IMG/VR virus record: IMGVR_UViG_3300020403_000042
Location: 1-34,243 of that record
DNA length: 34,243 nt
Strand: one strand, 5' to 3'
From: a virus
Lineage: Duplodnaviria > Caudoviricetes
Shown one piece after another: positions 32,957-34,243 of this stretch. Each line of letters begins with the position of its first letter. The stretch's first letter is position 1. The position numbers were made by a program, and so were the translations under genes. Under the pieces are notes generated by a model that had not been told where the DNA came from, did no database searches, and saw nothing but the letters and a program-made list of their open reading frames with translations.

Positions 32957-34243
32957 ACCCAGAAAAAATAGGAAAAGATATTGCTAAATTTCTTTTATTA
33001 GAAGAAATAACTGAACATGTAGTGCTATATCCAGGGGCTTTTAAACCACCTCATAGAGGACATGTAGAAACCATTTTAAAATCCTTGAATTTTTCACCCA
33101 CTTTTCATGATAAAATTAGTGGTCCTACAATGCCTTCTACTACAAAGACCCCTGGTAAAGGCATAATATTCATATCAGAAAAAACAAGAGATAACGTAGA
33201 TTCAAATAAAGCTTTACAAGTTTGGGAACTATATAGAGAAAGTATACCCGAGTTGATGAACGTTGAATTTGTGCTATCTTCAACACCTGTTAAAGCTGTG
33301 TATGATTATGCTAAAAATAACACAACTCATGATATTAGAGCAACTTTTGGTAAAGGTGAAGAAGAAAGATTTAAAGGATTAGCTAATAGAGAAAAATATC
33401 CTCATGTTGAAATTTTTGATGCTGGAACCACTGATGATTTATCTGCAACAAATTTAAGAGATGCTATTAAAAAGGGAGATGATAATAAAGTAAAAGAATT
33501 TTTACCCCCACAAGTAGATATTAAAAAATTCATGGCTATTTTTGATACGGCAAATGAAGGTTTATATCCAAAATATAATTATAAAAAAGTTCAACAAACA
33601 AGATATAAAGCATCAGACGTTTGGACAAATGATCCAGATATAATAGAAAAAAAAGACCCTAAAAAGGGTACAGGTAAAAAACCAAAGGGATCAAGTAGAA
33701 GATTATACACAGATGAAGACCCTAAGGATACAGTAGGCGTTAAATTTAGTTCAAGACAAGATATAGTTGATACATTCAGCAAAAAATCTTTTAAAGCCAA
33801 ATCACATGCTCGTCAATCTCAAATAATTAATTTAGTTCATCAAAGAGTAAGAGCTGCATATAATAGAGCTAAAGACCCTGCTGTAAAAAAACGTTTAAAA
33901 ACTGCTTTAGATTATGCTGAACAAAGAAAAGAAGCATCTAAGGCAAAAACACAAAGATTAAAAAAACAAAAAAGTGAAAATATAGATCCTAAATCTCAAG
34001 CTAAACATAAAGGCAACTCAGCACCTTTTGGTTCAGCATATGAACCTGTAAAAGAAGGTGATACATATGAAAAAATGGCTGCTAAAGGTAAAAAAGCAGG
34101 TAGTTTAAAAGCTGGTACTGTTAGAAAAAGATTAGGTATTCCTAAAGATAAAAAAATTCCATTATCATTAATCAATAAGGAATTAGCACGTTTAAGAAAA
34201 ATGGATAAAGATCCAGATAAAAAAGGTGCTCAATTAGGAGATA
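32953..34243 (+). CDS. 3'-truncated multidomain protein with N-terminal HxGH (cytidyltransferase-like) nucleotidyltransferase and basic modules
   Basis: Open from ATG 32953 to the window end; YPGAFKPPHRGH and LSATNLRDAI motifs. Absent from the track because it has no stop. Confidence 0.85.
   Translation, partial: MNPEKIGKDIAKFLLLEEITEHVVLYPGAFKPPHRGHVETILKSLNFSPTFHDKISGPTMPSTTKTPGKGIIFISEKTRDNVDSNKALQVWELYRESIPELMNVEFVLSSTPVKAVYDYAKNNTTHDIRATFGKGEEERFKGLANREKYPHVEIFDAGTTDDLSATNLRDAIKKGDDNKVKEFLPPQVDIKKFMAIFDTANEGLYPKYNYKKVQQTRYKASDVWTNDPDIIEKKDPKKGTGKKPKGSSRRLYTDEDPKDTVGVKFSSRQDIVDTFSKKSFKAKSHARQSQIINLVHQRVRAAYNRAKDPAVKKRLKTALDYAEQRKEASKAKTQRLKKQKSENIDPKSQAKHKGNSAPFGSAYEPVKEGDTYEKMAAKGKKAGSLKAGTVRKRLGIPKDKKIPLSLINKELARLRKMDKDPDKKGAQLGD

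Noticed and set aside
1343-33800. Minus-strand ORFs in the track (1343, 1347, 2536, 2682, 2773, 9698, 10845, 11416, 11665, 13636, 18497, 20227, 23262, 30872, 33591)
   Set aside because: They are antisense shadows of well-supported + strand genes or cross non-coding elements. They show no motifs or promoters, and 18497..18853 is simply the reverse of the TPS repeats.

Overview
AT-rich (roughly 30% GC) segment of a large, contractile-tailed (myovirus-like) dsDNA phage genome with all credible genes on the + strand. The host is almost certainly Bacteroidetes, probably Flavobacteriia: eight TTTG-N20-TATATTT promoters, no Shine-Dalgarno sites, SprB repeats and a lipoprotein with an acidic export signal. 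Layout: (1) 1-5020, small early/accessory ORFs plus a structured non-coding zone (DnaA-box-like cluster, hairpins, a 57% GC island bracketed by inverted A-tracts, and two inverted copies of a promoter+hairpin element); (2) 5020-7293, HD hydrolase, membrane protein and a gp55-like late sigma factor; (3) 7293-29682, baseplate/tail module (gp5-like hub with a YkuD-like peptidase domain, gp25, gp6, gp7-like wedge, fibre-attachment paralogs) with a TATTTATA late-promoter motif in its larger intergenic gaps; (4) 29672-end, GIY-YIG nuclease, primase, PD-(D/E)XK exonuclease, zeta-like kinase and a truncated HxGH nucleotidyltransferase polyprotein. The most striking pattern is that several structural genes appear cut in two by grafted cassettes (Pro/Thr/Ser stalk + Cys-rich tip, or an enzyme domain, then stop and restart), including one insertion nested inside another. 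Product calls come from motif recognition only; no searches were run.
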